Origin: Candidatus Thorarchaeota archaeon
Lineage (GTDB): Archaea; Asgardarchaeota; Thorarchaeia; Thorarchaeales; Thorarchaeaceae
Direction of reading: 5' to 3'
DNA: 17,991 bases
NCBI GenBank assembly: GCA_029858305.1
Contig: JAOUFI010000045.1
Location: 1 to 17,991, forward strand
Notes under the pieces: model-generated
Told to the model about the DNA's origin: nothing
Seen by the model: the letters and a program-made list of their open reading frames with translations, nothing else
Databases searched by the model: none
In this document: piece by piece, positions 1-7,680 of the stretch
Numbering within the stretch: position 1 is the stretch's first letter
Layout of the letters: every line of letters starts with the position of its first letter
Translations under genes and position numbers: made by a program

Positions 1-37
1 TAAAGGAAAAGAAGTATAATAAAGCAAGAATCATCAA

Positions 38-484
38 ATGCCTGAACCAAGTGAGATTGAAAGAGTTGGCAGTCTATTTAGCTCAATATCTGACCAGAGT
101 AAACCGTTCCTAGATAAGTGCTCAAAGACCAAATTCTTAGCAGTCAGTGATTATAACCGTGCAGCCGATGAATACGTAAAGCTTGCTAGACAAACTCTAA
201 GCAACAAGGGATTAGGCCTGCCAAATGGAAATGATTGCCAAGGATGTCTTTCAAACGTGAAAAGTGCACTAGAGACATATCAGTTGGACACAGGCTTGTT
301 GAGTGCGCTTGAAGACCTCCGTTCAACATATCTAGAGAGCATGCTAAAGCCAGCTTTCAAACGATACTTGCAAAGCGAAAGCTATACTAAAGCTGATATC
401 GAACATCTCTACATGAATGCGCTTAAAATCGATAGCCTCATTGAACTCATCCAGTTCATGAAAAGAATAGAAAGGCTACACTAA
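38..484 (+). CDS. Hypothetical all-alpha protein (148 aa) with a CxxC motif
   Basis: Clean ATG-TAA ORF with an amphipathic helical pattern and DCQGC. AT-rich TATAATAA lies just upstream. No family recognised. Confidence 0.75.
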   Translation: MPEPSEIERVGSLFSSISDQSKPFLDKCSKTKFLAVSDYNRAADEYVKLARQTLSNKGLGLPNGNDCQGCLSNVKSALETYQLDTGLLSALEDLRSTYLESMLKPAFKRYLQSESYTKADIEHLYMNALKIDSLIELIQFMKRIERLH

Positions 485-487
485 ATC

Positions 488-1945
488 CTATTTCTTCCTA
501 TCGTCAATGTGGTCTCTGTGAACAAGAGTATTTCCATCAACTACCCACGCAATTCCAAGGGTTTGGAATTCCTCAGCCCATTTCATGACGATGGCTGGTG
601 CAACCCCAAGGGATCGAGCTATTTCTTTAATCGACATCTCACCGTGTTCTTCGACCATTAGGAATGCCTTTGTCTTTTCCGTGCTATCCATTAGACTGAG
701 ATAGCCTTCGAGGGTTTCTTCAGTATGAGCCAGTTTCGCTTTTGTTTCTTCAAAATCGCTTGTTAGCCTACTCAAACTTGCTGATACCCGTTCTAGCTCG
801 GTCTTGGTATTCTCCAATTCCCTCACCTTGTCGCCAGATTCATAGGAACGAACTCTAGCTCTGAGCTCCTCCATCTCATCTAATCTCGCCCCTGATTTGC
901 TCATGTCATCCTCTAGCTGGCGAATCTTTGTGTTGAGCTCGCCAATTTCTAATTCTTTTTGAGAGATTTGCCCAAGGTAGTCTTTTGCTTTCTTCTCTGA
1001 GGCATCTTTCAAGGTTCCAAATTCTGTGACTTTCTGTTCAAGCATTTCCTTTGTTGTTTCCAAGGTTTTTACAGTGTGTCGTAGTTCCGCAAGCGTTTCT
1101 CTGTCGACCTTTGGAGCGGCCTGAAGACCCATGAGTGTTTCCTCCAGATCATCGCTTCGAACCTTTAATTCAGCCAAATTCTTTCGAAGCTCACTGTTTT
1201 CTGAGTTTCGAGTTTCGATTTTCTTCCGCTCAAAGTTGAGTTCTTGCTTCAATTCCTCAATATTACTCTCAAGTTGTTTTATCTGGGCTCCTACTTCCTT
1301 TGGTACTTCCACACGAGGTTTCATACCTAATTCTGTAGAGAGGAATTCAACCTCTGTTGTAGCTCTTTGTGTGAAGTCGTCAACACTTCCCTTCAACGTA
1401 GAGAGTTCATTTAGAGTAAGTTTCATTGATTCCTTCATTCCTTCAGTAATATCACGCATCTTCTCAAGAATTGGAGTAGACATTCCAGAGGTTAGTGATT
1501 CTTCGACCCGCGAAAACTCTTCATCAACAATTGGTTGCACCTCAGTATCAATATACATGCTCTGAAGGTTAGTTTTGGCCTTACGTTTACTCTTTGAAAT
1601 GATATCGCCTCTCATGCTGACAAGATTGCCTTTGAGACCAACAAGAAATGAAAGCACGACAGGAACAAGATCACGCTCAATCCTATCTATGGTTCCATCC
1701 ACAGTCAAGATGTTCTTTTCAAGAAGAGAAAGACTATCACGCAATCGCTCAATACTCTCATCTAGCTCCAAACGATGTCGAACCTGAGTAGCTGATTCCA
1801 CACGCACCACATCACTTGACATGCGTCCGGACTGAATTAGCTCTTGCCGCATTTCATCGTCAACGCCAAGCTCGGAAAGAAGGCCATCTACGACTCCCTT
1901 GGCATCTGCGCGGTCAGATGGTTCTTTATCAGGTTCCTTTGCCAT
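488..1945 (-). CDS. Long coiled-coil protein with C-terminal winged helix-turn-helix
   Basis: E/K/L-rich heptads over most of the length. The C-terminus KAFLMVEEHGEMSIKEIARSLGVAPAIVMKWAEEFQTLGIAWVVDG fits a wHTH pattern. SD-like GTGAGGT precedes the ATG. No Walker A motif. Confidence 0.85.
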   Translation of the reverse strand: MAKEPDKEPSDRADAKGVVDGLLSELGVDDEMRQELIQSGRMSSDVVRVESATQVRHRLELDESIERLRDSLSLLEKNILTVDGTIDRIERDLVPVVLSFLVGLKGNLVSMRGDIISKSKRKAKTNLQSMYIDTEVQPIVDEEFSRVEESLTSGMSTPILEKMRDITEGMKESMKLTLNELSTLKGSVDDFTQRATTEVEFLSTELGMKPRVEVPKEVGAQIKQLESNIEELKQELNFERKKIETRNSENSELRKNLAELKVRSDDLEETLMGLQAAPKVDRETLAELRHTVKTLETTKEMLEQKVTEFGTLKDASEKKAKDYLGQISQKELEIGELNTKIRQLEDDMSKSGARLDEMEELRARVRSYESGDKVRELENTKTELERVSASLSRLTSDFEETKAKLAHTEETLEGYLSLMDSTEKTKAFLMVEEHGEMSIKEIARSLGVAPAIVMKWAEEFQTLGIAWVVDGNTLVHRDHIDDRKK

Positions 1946-2057
1946 GCGAATACCTCACTATGAATATTAGGAAGGACAGGTGCAAGATGAGCCCGACAAT
2001 ACATAAATCTATTCGCGGAATGGACCAACCAATGTTTGGGACCTAGAAGGCAATGAT

Positions 2058-2894
2058 ATGCGACTAAAGATAGAGATGGAAGCTACTGTACACAACCAAG
2101 GCATGGCTAGGCTTAGAAAAGGAGTGATGACTTGGCATCTCTTCACAGACATGGACAATCAATTCGTTGAGATGATTGACGTTTTCCCTCCTGCACGTGT
2201 AACAGAAAGAGCTGAGAAGAATATGGTCGCAGTTGTGAAAGTTCCCGAGTTAACCCCAGGAGAGAGTTTCTCCCCCACTGTAATTCTTAGGATTGATACA
2301 ATCACACGTGATTGGCTCATGGAACCAAGAGACACACCACATGAGTTGATGGCAAGAAATCGAGGTAGCTACTGTAGTATGCAAAAGTACTGGGAGATCA
2401 CAGATGATATTATCCAAGAGATGTCACGCGAGGCTGCAGAGAGAACGGGTGATGATGAATCATATGCGCGGTTGACCTTTGACATGGTCAGAGAAAGTGT
2501 TAAGCTGAAAACTCACCTTGACCACAGAAGAGGAGCTGCTCGAGCAGCACGGGAAAGAGAGGGTGATTGTGATGAACATGCAGACCTCTATGTTGCACTT
2601 CTTCGTGCAGTAAGAATACCTGCGAGAAGGATTGTTGGTCATGTCTTTCGAAGGGATTCTGAACCAGAAGCTCATGCATGGTGCGAGATCTTTCTGGAGC
2701 AAAAAGGTTGGATTCCAGTTGATCCTGCGTTAGGTAACTTTGGCATGTTAACAGAGAACTACTTCTCAAGAATTAGGGAGGGACAGGTTTCGGAGCGTTC
2801 AATGATTAATCTAAAGTGGAGTGGAATTGCCACACAACCTCCTACTGTTGAAGAAAGTGTTAAGATGTCAATTGCAACCAATGGCAAAGACTAG
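2058..2894 (+). CDS. Transglutaminase-like (papain-fold) domain protein
   Basis: Cys-His-Asp triad motifs GDCDEHA, HAWCE and WIPVDP, plus LLRAVRIPAR. No signal peptide or TM segment evident. Confidence 0.9.
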   Translation: MRLKIEMEATVHNQGMARLRKGVMTWHLFTDMDNQFVEMIDVFPPARVTERAEKNMVAVVKVPELTPGESFSPTVILRIDTITRDWLMEPRDTPHELMARNRGSYCSMQKYWEITDDIIQEMSREAAERTGDDESYARLTFDMVRESVKLKTHLDHRRGAARAAREREGDCDEHADLYVALLRAVRIPARRIVGHVFRRDSEPEAHAWCEIFLEQKGWIPVDPALGNFGMLTENYFSRIREGQVSERSMINLKWSGIATQPPTVEESVKMSIATNGKD

Positions 2895-3631
2895 ACATCC
2901 TGAAGATAACCCATTGCTTGGAGTTGAACAAATAGCTCGGCACCAAAGTGCCAGCTAGAATGTGAAGAGAATATAGAACAGCGAATCTTAGGTAGGAGTG
3001 GAGCTTCTAAAGCAGCTCTGAGAGTGCCAGCGAGATGGTGTGCAATCATCTCACCGTAGGCTGAAACCTGAGGGAGTGAATCTAAGAATCTTCGCTTGGT
3101 AGATTCCAAGGAGCCAGGTTTGTAATCGCTGATTTGGATTGCACCATCAATGTATCGTATCAGGTCAATATGACCAGTGATGCCATAGCGTTCTGACCAA
3201 ACTGGTACCTCGATTGCAATTGTGTTGGGATCGTGAATAAGGAAATCCTGCAGTATTCCATGATCTGCTGAGAAACTCAAATCGCTACGAGAACGGTGAT
3301 ATTCACGCAATTTAGTTACAAGTTCATCGTCAACTCTGCAGGTAATTGAGCCAATTCTTTCGAGTTGTTTTCTGAGTCCAACTTTCTTGGACTGGGGCAT
3401 ACTCACTAGGCGAAGTCTTGATGCTCTTGTGAACATAGGGTCCGAGAAGAGAGCCTCAGGTATCTTGCCTGACTGAATCGTCTTGAGATGAGCCCAGAGG
3501 GAGGCTAAATCGCCTGTCTGATTACCCAAGCGTATATGATTGGATGTATTCCACTGAAATGCGTAAGCAACCTTGCCATGTTGATAATCCCGTCGTACTA
3601 TGTCATCGGAACCTGTAGGCATATCCCTCAT
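2891..3631 (-). CDS. PD-(D/E)XK nuclease, RecB-like motif set
   Basis: EVPVW ... TGHIDL ... DYKP ... QVSAY correspond to the E, D, DxK and QxxxY motifs. Its stop overlaps the upstream gene's stop at CTAG 2891-2894. Confidence 0.8.
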   Translation of the reverse strand: MRDMPTGSDDIVRRDYQHGKVAYAFQWNTSNHIRLGNQTGDLASLWAHLKTIQSGKIPEALFSDPMFTRASRLRLVSMPQSKKVGLRKQLERIGSITCRVDDELVTKLREYHRSRSDLSFSADHGILQDFLIHDPNTIAIEVPVWSERYGITGHIDLIRYIDGAIQISDYKPGSLESTKRRFLDSLPQVSAYGEMIAHHLAGTLRAALEAPLLPKIRCSIFSSHSSWHFGAELFVQLQAMGYLQDV

Positions 3632-3646
3632 TGTTCAAGTCTGAAG

Positions 3647-3767
3647 TGGGACTTTTTAATCCACCGACATCTTTTATGATATCATTACTCATTTTTAAAA
3701 AATGTCTTATCAATAATCGCTGTTTACAGTTCTCATAAGTGAATGCCTTGCAACCATCAAAGTCCCA
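3647..3767. promoter_or_regulatory. Divergent promoter region with inverted repeats
   Basis: TGGGACTTT (3647-3655) and AAAGTCCCA (3759-3767) are inverted copies. Palindromes ATGATATCAT (3676-3685) and CATTTTT-A-AAAAATG (3690-3704). TATA-like T/A runs. Confidence 0.5.
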
Positions 3768-3812
3768 ATGTTTTTAATGTACAAACACAAGTCAGCACAT
3801 GGAGAGAGAAGA

Positions 3813-4109
3813 ATGACATACGCATTCATTGTCTTCTACCGGTTCCATCTCATGACTCCCGAGGAGGCTGGAAAAGCAAAGGAATTCTGGAGCGAGTTTG
3901 CAAAAGGGAGTTGGCCAGAGCAGTTGCCTATTATTGGAGATTACAAATATGCATGGGGCTCAGAGTGGAACGGATTCTTATTGATTGAGTCTGAAGACCC
4001 GCAGAGCTTTTTTGAGTTCTGGCCAATTTTTAGAGACAAGACTAGGTGGTACATAGAGAGCACTCGCACGATTGTGGCTATTAAAAGAGACACTAAAGAC
4101 TGGATGTAG
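3813..4109 (+). CDS. Small protein (98 aa), probable dimeric alpha/beta-barrel (DUF3303/GYD-like) fold
   Basis: ATG 3813 follows purine-rich GGAGAG and is preferred over the track start at 3768. The beta-alpha-beta-beta-alpha-beta pattern (IIGDYKYAWGSEWNGFLLIESEDPQSFFEF) suggests the fold. Family is inferred. Confidence 0.65.
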   Translation: MTYAFIVFYRFHLMTPEEAGKAKEFWSEFAKGSWPEQLPIIGDYKYAWGSEWNGFLLIESEDPQSFFEFWPIFRDKTRWYIESTRTIVAIKRDTKDWM

Positions 4110-4118
4110 CCTGCACAG

Positions 4119-4159
4119 AGATGAGAGGGGAGGCTCGATTTGCCTACCCCAAATCATCT
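4119..4159. terminator. GC-rich stem-loop between convergent genes (possible bidirectional terminator or 3' stabiliser)
   Basis: AGATGA-ga-GGGG-AGGC-tcgattt-GCCT-a-CCCC-aaa-TCATCT forms 14 Watson-Crick pairs and fills most of the 51-nt gap. Confidence 0.55.
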
Positions 4160-4160
4160 A

Positions 4161-4943
4161 CTATGAGGCGTTGTCGAGGAGCATTTTAATTATCCATCGG
4201 AAATCTTTCTCAAGAATTCCGTCTGATGTCTTGAAAACCATAATTGAAGAGTTATCATAGTTCACTGTGGTCTTGTACGGGGTGTTGCTAGGATAGATGA
4301 AGATTCCAGAAAACCTTGAGAGGGTTCCGCCATACATTCTTCCATAGTGACCCACCTCAGCTTTGTGCTGAAGCTTGTCGCCACGAAACTCTGCTTGCTT
4401 CAATTCTTTCTTCTCAACATCAATGTAAGCAATATGACTCACATTGATTTCCAGAGGCTTTGGTGGAGCTTCTGTGGGTTTTATCAATTTATCATAGATT
4501 GCTCTTCTGGCGTCCTTATCAATAAACAGAGGCTCAGCCACAATATCAGTCAGATCAATTAGAACCCTGCGAAATCTCATTGCTAACCGACCGGAACCTC
4601 TAATCTCCGCGATTTTATCATCTAGTCGGACAGTGATGTTTCCTCTTTCTATAGTCGTATACTTATTGTCAGTTCGCTCACCAGCTTCGTCGAATGCATG
4701 AGCAACGACATTGAAGGCTGCTGTAAAATCAGCGATAACAGTTTTTCCACGGGAGTCTATATTAGTAAAACCAGCCTTGGGATCCTTTTTTGCATCGAAA
4801 GGAGCCATCCCGCTGAAGATAGTAGCTAACTGAGCTCCAGTGAGTTTTTTGGCTGCTTCATCATTTAAGCTGAAGAGCCGAACAGATTGCCACAACCCGA
4901 GGGGGTTAATCCTGGATGGTGGTTTTGGTGTTTTTGCGCTCAA
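4161..4943 (-). CDS. Hypothetical alpha/beta protein (260 aa)
   Basis: Long ORF with TTG start after TGAGG. A TTTATA TATA-like box lies at about 5019-5024 on the minus strand. No family recognised. Confidence 0.75.
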   Translation of the reverse strand: MSAKTPKPPSRINPLGLWQSVRLFSLNDEAAKKLTGAQLATIFSGMAPFDAKKDPKAGFTNIDSRGKTVIADFTAAFNVVAHAFDEAGERTDNKYTTIERGNITVRLDDKIAEIRGSGRLAMRFRRVLIDLTDIVAEPLFIDKDARRAIYDKLIKPTEAPPKPLEINVSHIAYIDVEKKELKQAEFRGDKLQHKAEVGHYGRMYGGTLSRFSGIFIYPSNTPYKTTVNYDNSSIMVFKTSDGILEKDFRWIIKMLLDNAS

Positions 4944-5137
4944 ATTGCCTCATCTCACATGGTTGAAGGTCGTAAGATAACGGACCTCTACTTCCATTGG
5001 AGATAATACATATTCTCATATAAACTATACATCAAATCCAGAGAATAGCTACGTAATACAGGGGGAATATCTACATACTATTGTGGATATGAAGAAAAAG
5101 TGATTCTACTTGGCCATATCGAAGTAAGCGTATTCCA

Positions 5138-5165
5138 TTGGCGCCAAACAGAATCTGTTTAATTT
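5138..5165 (+). promoter_or_regulatory. Two overlapping palindromes abutting a TATA-like box upstream of alg14
   Basis: TTGGCGCCAA (5138-5147) and AAACAGA-A-TCTGTTT (5146-5160), followed by TTTAATTT. Confidence 0.4.
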
Positions 5166-5259
5166 TGAGAAGTACCTCATCGATGAAGCAAAAGGATGAT
5201 ATTGGTGTTGCTTGCTCGAAGAATTCAGAAAGGAAGCAGTTGTATATGAGGATGAATTA

Positions 5260-5727
5260 ATGAGAGTCCTATTCGTTCTTGGCTCCGGCGGGCATACTGC
5301 AAGAGGTCTTATCCTTAGTAATCAAATCAGGGCTGAGAAGAGCTTTATTGTTCCATGGGAGTCTGAAGTGACAAAGAAAAAAGTGCAGAGGAACTACTTC
5401 AGTGTCCTCTCACCACGATTTAGGGCAAAGGACAACGTGCTTATGACTGTTCTCAGAACCCTCATTCTGTTCCTTCATAGTCTTCTGATTCTACTTGTCG
5501 TTAGGCCAAAGGCAGTGATAAGCACAGGCTCAGGACTCACTATCCCACCATTCCTGATTGCGAAATTTCTTAGAATCAAGACAATTTACATTGAAAGTCC
5601 TAGTCGAGTTTATAGACCATCAATTGCAGGGAAACTTCTCATTGGAAAAGTCGACTTGTGGTTGAGTAGCTGGCCAGAACTTGCAGAAAGGTATAAGGGA
5701 GTTGAATACAGGGGGATGGTGTTTTGA
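5260..5727 (+). CDS. alg14: Alg14-like acceptor-binding subunit of a split GT-B (Alg13/14, PssD/CpsF family) glycosyltransferase
   Basis: VLGSGGHT, RPKAVISTGSG and YIESPSRV..PS.AGK motifs, plus an internal hydrophobic helix. ATG 5260 after GAGGATG is preferred over the track start at 5212. Confidence 0.9.
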   Translation: MRVLFVLGSGGHTARGLILSNQIRAEKSFIVPWESEVTKKKVQRNYFSVLSPRFRAKDNVLMTVLRTLILFLHSLLILLVVRPKAVISTGSGLTIPPFLIAKFLRIKTIYIESPSRVYRPSIAGKLLIGKVDLWLSSWPELAERYKGVEYRGMVF

Positions 5728-6179
5728 TCTTTGTCACCGTGGGCACTTCACTCCCACATGATGAACTTGTAGAAATGATGGACAGATTAGTAGGTGACGG
5801 AAAAATCAAGGATAAGGTTATCGTACAACGGGGAGCAGGGAAATATGCTCCAAAAAACATCGAACACTTTCGATTTTCACCAAGTCTGGATGAGTATTAT
5901 AATAATGCGGAGATCGTAATCAGCAACTGCGGTGCTGGAACAATCATGGAAAATACAACAAAGGGTCGTAAGTTAATAGTTATCCAGAATCCCGATATCA
6001 TTGGAGGTCATGAGTGGGAACTCGTGACAAAGATGGAGAAGGGCAAACACTTGATCTGGTGCAAAGATATCACTCAACTATTGTCTTCGATTGAAAAGGC
6101 GCAGACAATAGAATTTAGACAGTTCAAACCAAAGCAGCTTAACCTTTCTGAGATATTAAAAGAAATTACTTCTTCGTGA
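5724..6179 (+). CDS. alg13: Alg13-like nucleotide-sugar-binding subunit (GT28 C-terminal domain)
   Basis: MIFVTVGTS, IVQRG, VISNCGAGTI and NP...HEWEL motifs. The TTG start overlaps the alg14 TGA (TTGA coupling). Confidence 0.9.
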   Translation: MIFVTVGTSLPHDELVEMMDRLVGDGKIKDKVIVQRGAGKYAPKNIEHFRFSPSLDEYYNNAEIVISNCGAGTIMENTTKGRKLIVIQNPDIIGGHEWELVTKMEKGKHLIWCKDITQLLSSIEKAQTIEFRQFKPKQLNLSEILKEITSS

Positions 6180-6254
6180 TAGCAATAGTCATAGAACAGC
6201 AACTTCCGCTGATTACTTATAGAGGAGATACTCAGGTCAAAATGAGGTTCAATC

Positions 6255-7679
6255 ATGACTGTCGTTAAAGCCGCTGCAAGTCACCAACTCTATGATGAGC
6301 TGGTGGCCATTGTTGGACAAGAACGAGTGAACGATAATCCAGTTATAATCTCAGCTTATTCTAAAGATGCGTGTCATCTTGAAGCAGAAAGACCAGGGAT
6401 TGTAGTAATGCCGAACAGTGTTGAGGAAGTCCAGAAGATTGTAAAACTCTGTGCGAAAACTAAATCTCCAATTATGCCCTCAGGAGGAAGAAATGGTATC
6501 TGTGGAGCCTGTTTGCCAAGAGTTCCGAATGCTGTGATGCTCGATATGGTTAACATGAAGAAACTTGTCAAACTAGACGAAGATGTAATGACTGTCACTG
6601 TTGAATCTGGAATGAGATGGGCAGAGCTCATCCATATCCTTGATAACCATGGATACAAACTTGGCTTTCGTGGGCCCTATGGTGGAAATGCGGCTACTAT
6701 TGCGGGGTCTGTAAGCATCAACAGTATGGGATACGCAGCATCGAAATTTGGACCAGCTCCTGAAGGAGTAGTGTCATTAGAGGTTGTACTACCAAGCGGA
6801 GAAATAGTAAGGACAGGATCTGCATGGAATAAGGATGCACAGGTGTTTACTAGATATTCATCCTTTGCTGATCTTACTGGTATCTTTCTGGGAGATCATG
6901 GGACACTAGGTGTAAAAACAAAGTTAACACTCAAGATTTATCCAAATGCCCCATTTTCTTCTTATATTGACTTGGGATTTACTAACCTTGAAGATGCAGC
7001 TATTGCTTTTCTGGAGATTCAAAAGAGAGGATTGACGGAAGAGCTGAATTGTCTTCTAGCCAGAGAGTCTGCAGACACTTACTTCCCGGGCTTATTAGAT
7101 AGCCATCCTGGAATAAACGCGACAATTCATAGTGTGATTATGGAAACAGACCAACAGCTTGCTGAGAGAAAGGTGCAGATAATACGAGAGATCGGACAGG
7201 AATTGAAAGGCAAAGACCTTGGGAACTTCGCAGCTCAAATACATTGGGCAGAGAAGTTCAATGAAGTACAACCTATGTACAACAATGGTTTTTGGTTGAA
7301 TACTTGTCACCTAAGACCAATAGTACGTCTTCCAGAACTTATGAAACGCATGCGCACAATTTTCAAGAAGTATAATCTTGAGAAGAACGGGATAAAATGG
7401 ATTGCAGATGCTCTTGCTGTAGATAGAGCGTATACTGCAGCTTGGGTGACAATATTTGCGCCAACTCGAGATAAGATGGAGTTGGCTGAGAAAGCATGGA
7501 ATGAGATGCTTGACGCAGCTATAGAAACTGGAGGGTGCCCCTATTGGAATGGACTACTTTGGGAGAATCGTACTTTAGAGAAAGTAGAAGAGAACTTCAT
7601 ACAACTCTATAGAACACTAAAGAACGCCATAGATCCAGACAATATCATGGCACCTAATGTGTTTGAGGGAGGTTACTAA
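6255..7679 (+). CDS. FAD-binding oxidoreductase, VAO/PCMH (GlcD/D-lactate dehydrogenase-like) superfamily
   Basis: PGIVVMPNSVEEVQKIV, ATIAGSVS, LEVVLPSGEIV, DLTGIFLGDHGTLG and LKNAIDPDNIMAP motifs. SD GAGGT. Confidence 0.9.
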   Translation: MTVVKAAASHQLYDELVAIVGQERVNDNPVIISAYSKDACHLEAERPGIVVMPNSVEEVQKIVKLCAKTKSPIMPSGGRNGICGACLPRVPNAVMLDMVNMKKLVKLDEDVMTVTVESGMRWAELIHILDNHGYKLGFRGPYGGNAATIAGSVSINSMGYAASKFGPAPEGVVSLEVVLPSGEIVRTGSAWNKDAQVFTRYSSFADLTGIFLGDHGTLGVKTKLTLKIYPNAPFSSYIDLGFTNLEDAAIAFLEIQKRGLTEELNCLLARESADTYFPGLLDSHPGINATIHSVIMETDQQLAERKVQIIREIGQELKGKDLGNFAAQIHWAEKFNEVQPMYNNGFWLNTCHLRPIVRLPELMKRMRTIFKKYNLEKNGIKWIADALAVDRAYTAAWVTIFAPTRDKMELAEKAWNEMLDAAIETGGCPYWNGLLWENRTLEKVEENFIQLYRTLKNAIDPDNIMAPNVFEGGY

Positions 7680-7680
7680 A

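Noticed and set aside
1131-1787. Plus-strand ORFs 1131..1565 and 1575..1787
   Set aside because: Ser/Phe-rich antisense shadows of the Glu/Lys-rich coiled-coil gene.
488-1945. SMC/Rad50 or myosin-like annotation
   Set aside because: No Walker A/B, signature motif, hinge or zinc hook. Such hits would reflect coiled-coil composition only.
2891-3631. Cas4 / CRISPR association
   Set aside because: It lacks the four Fe-S cysteines, and no cas genes or repeat-spacer array are in the window.
4107-4163. SECIS or PYLIS recoding element
   Set aside because: No 3' GA for the quartet and no in-frame TGA in the flanking genes. Read-through of either TAG hits another stop within a few codons.
4944-5259. 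tRNA or other known ncRNA in the intergenic gap
   Set aside because: No cloverleaf or T-loop GTTCRA context is recognisable. The region looks like AT-rich promoter DNA.
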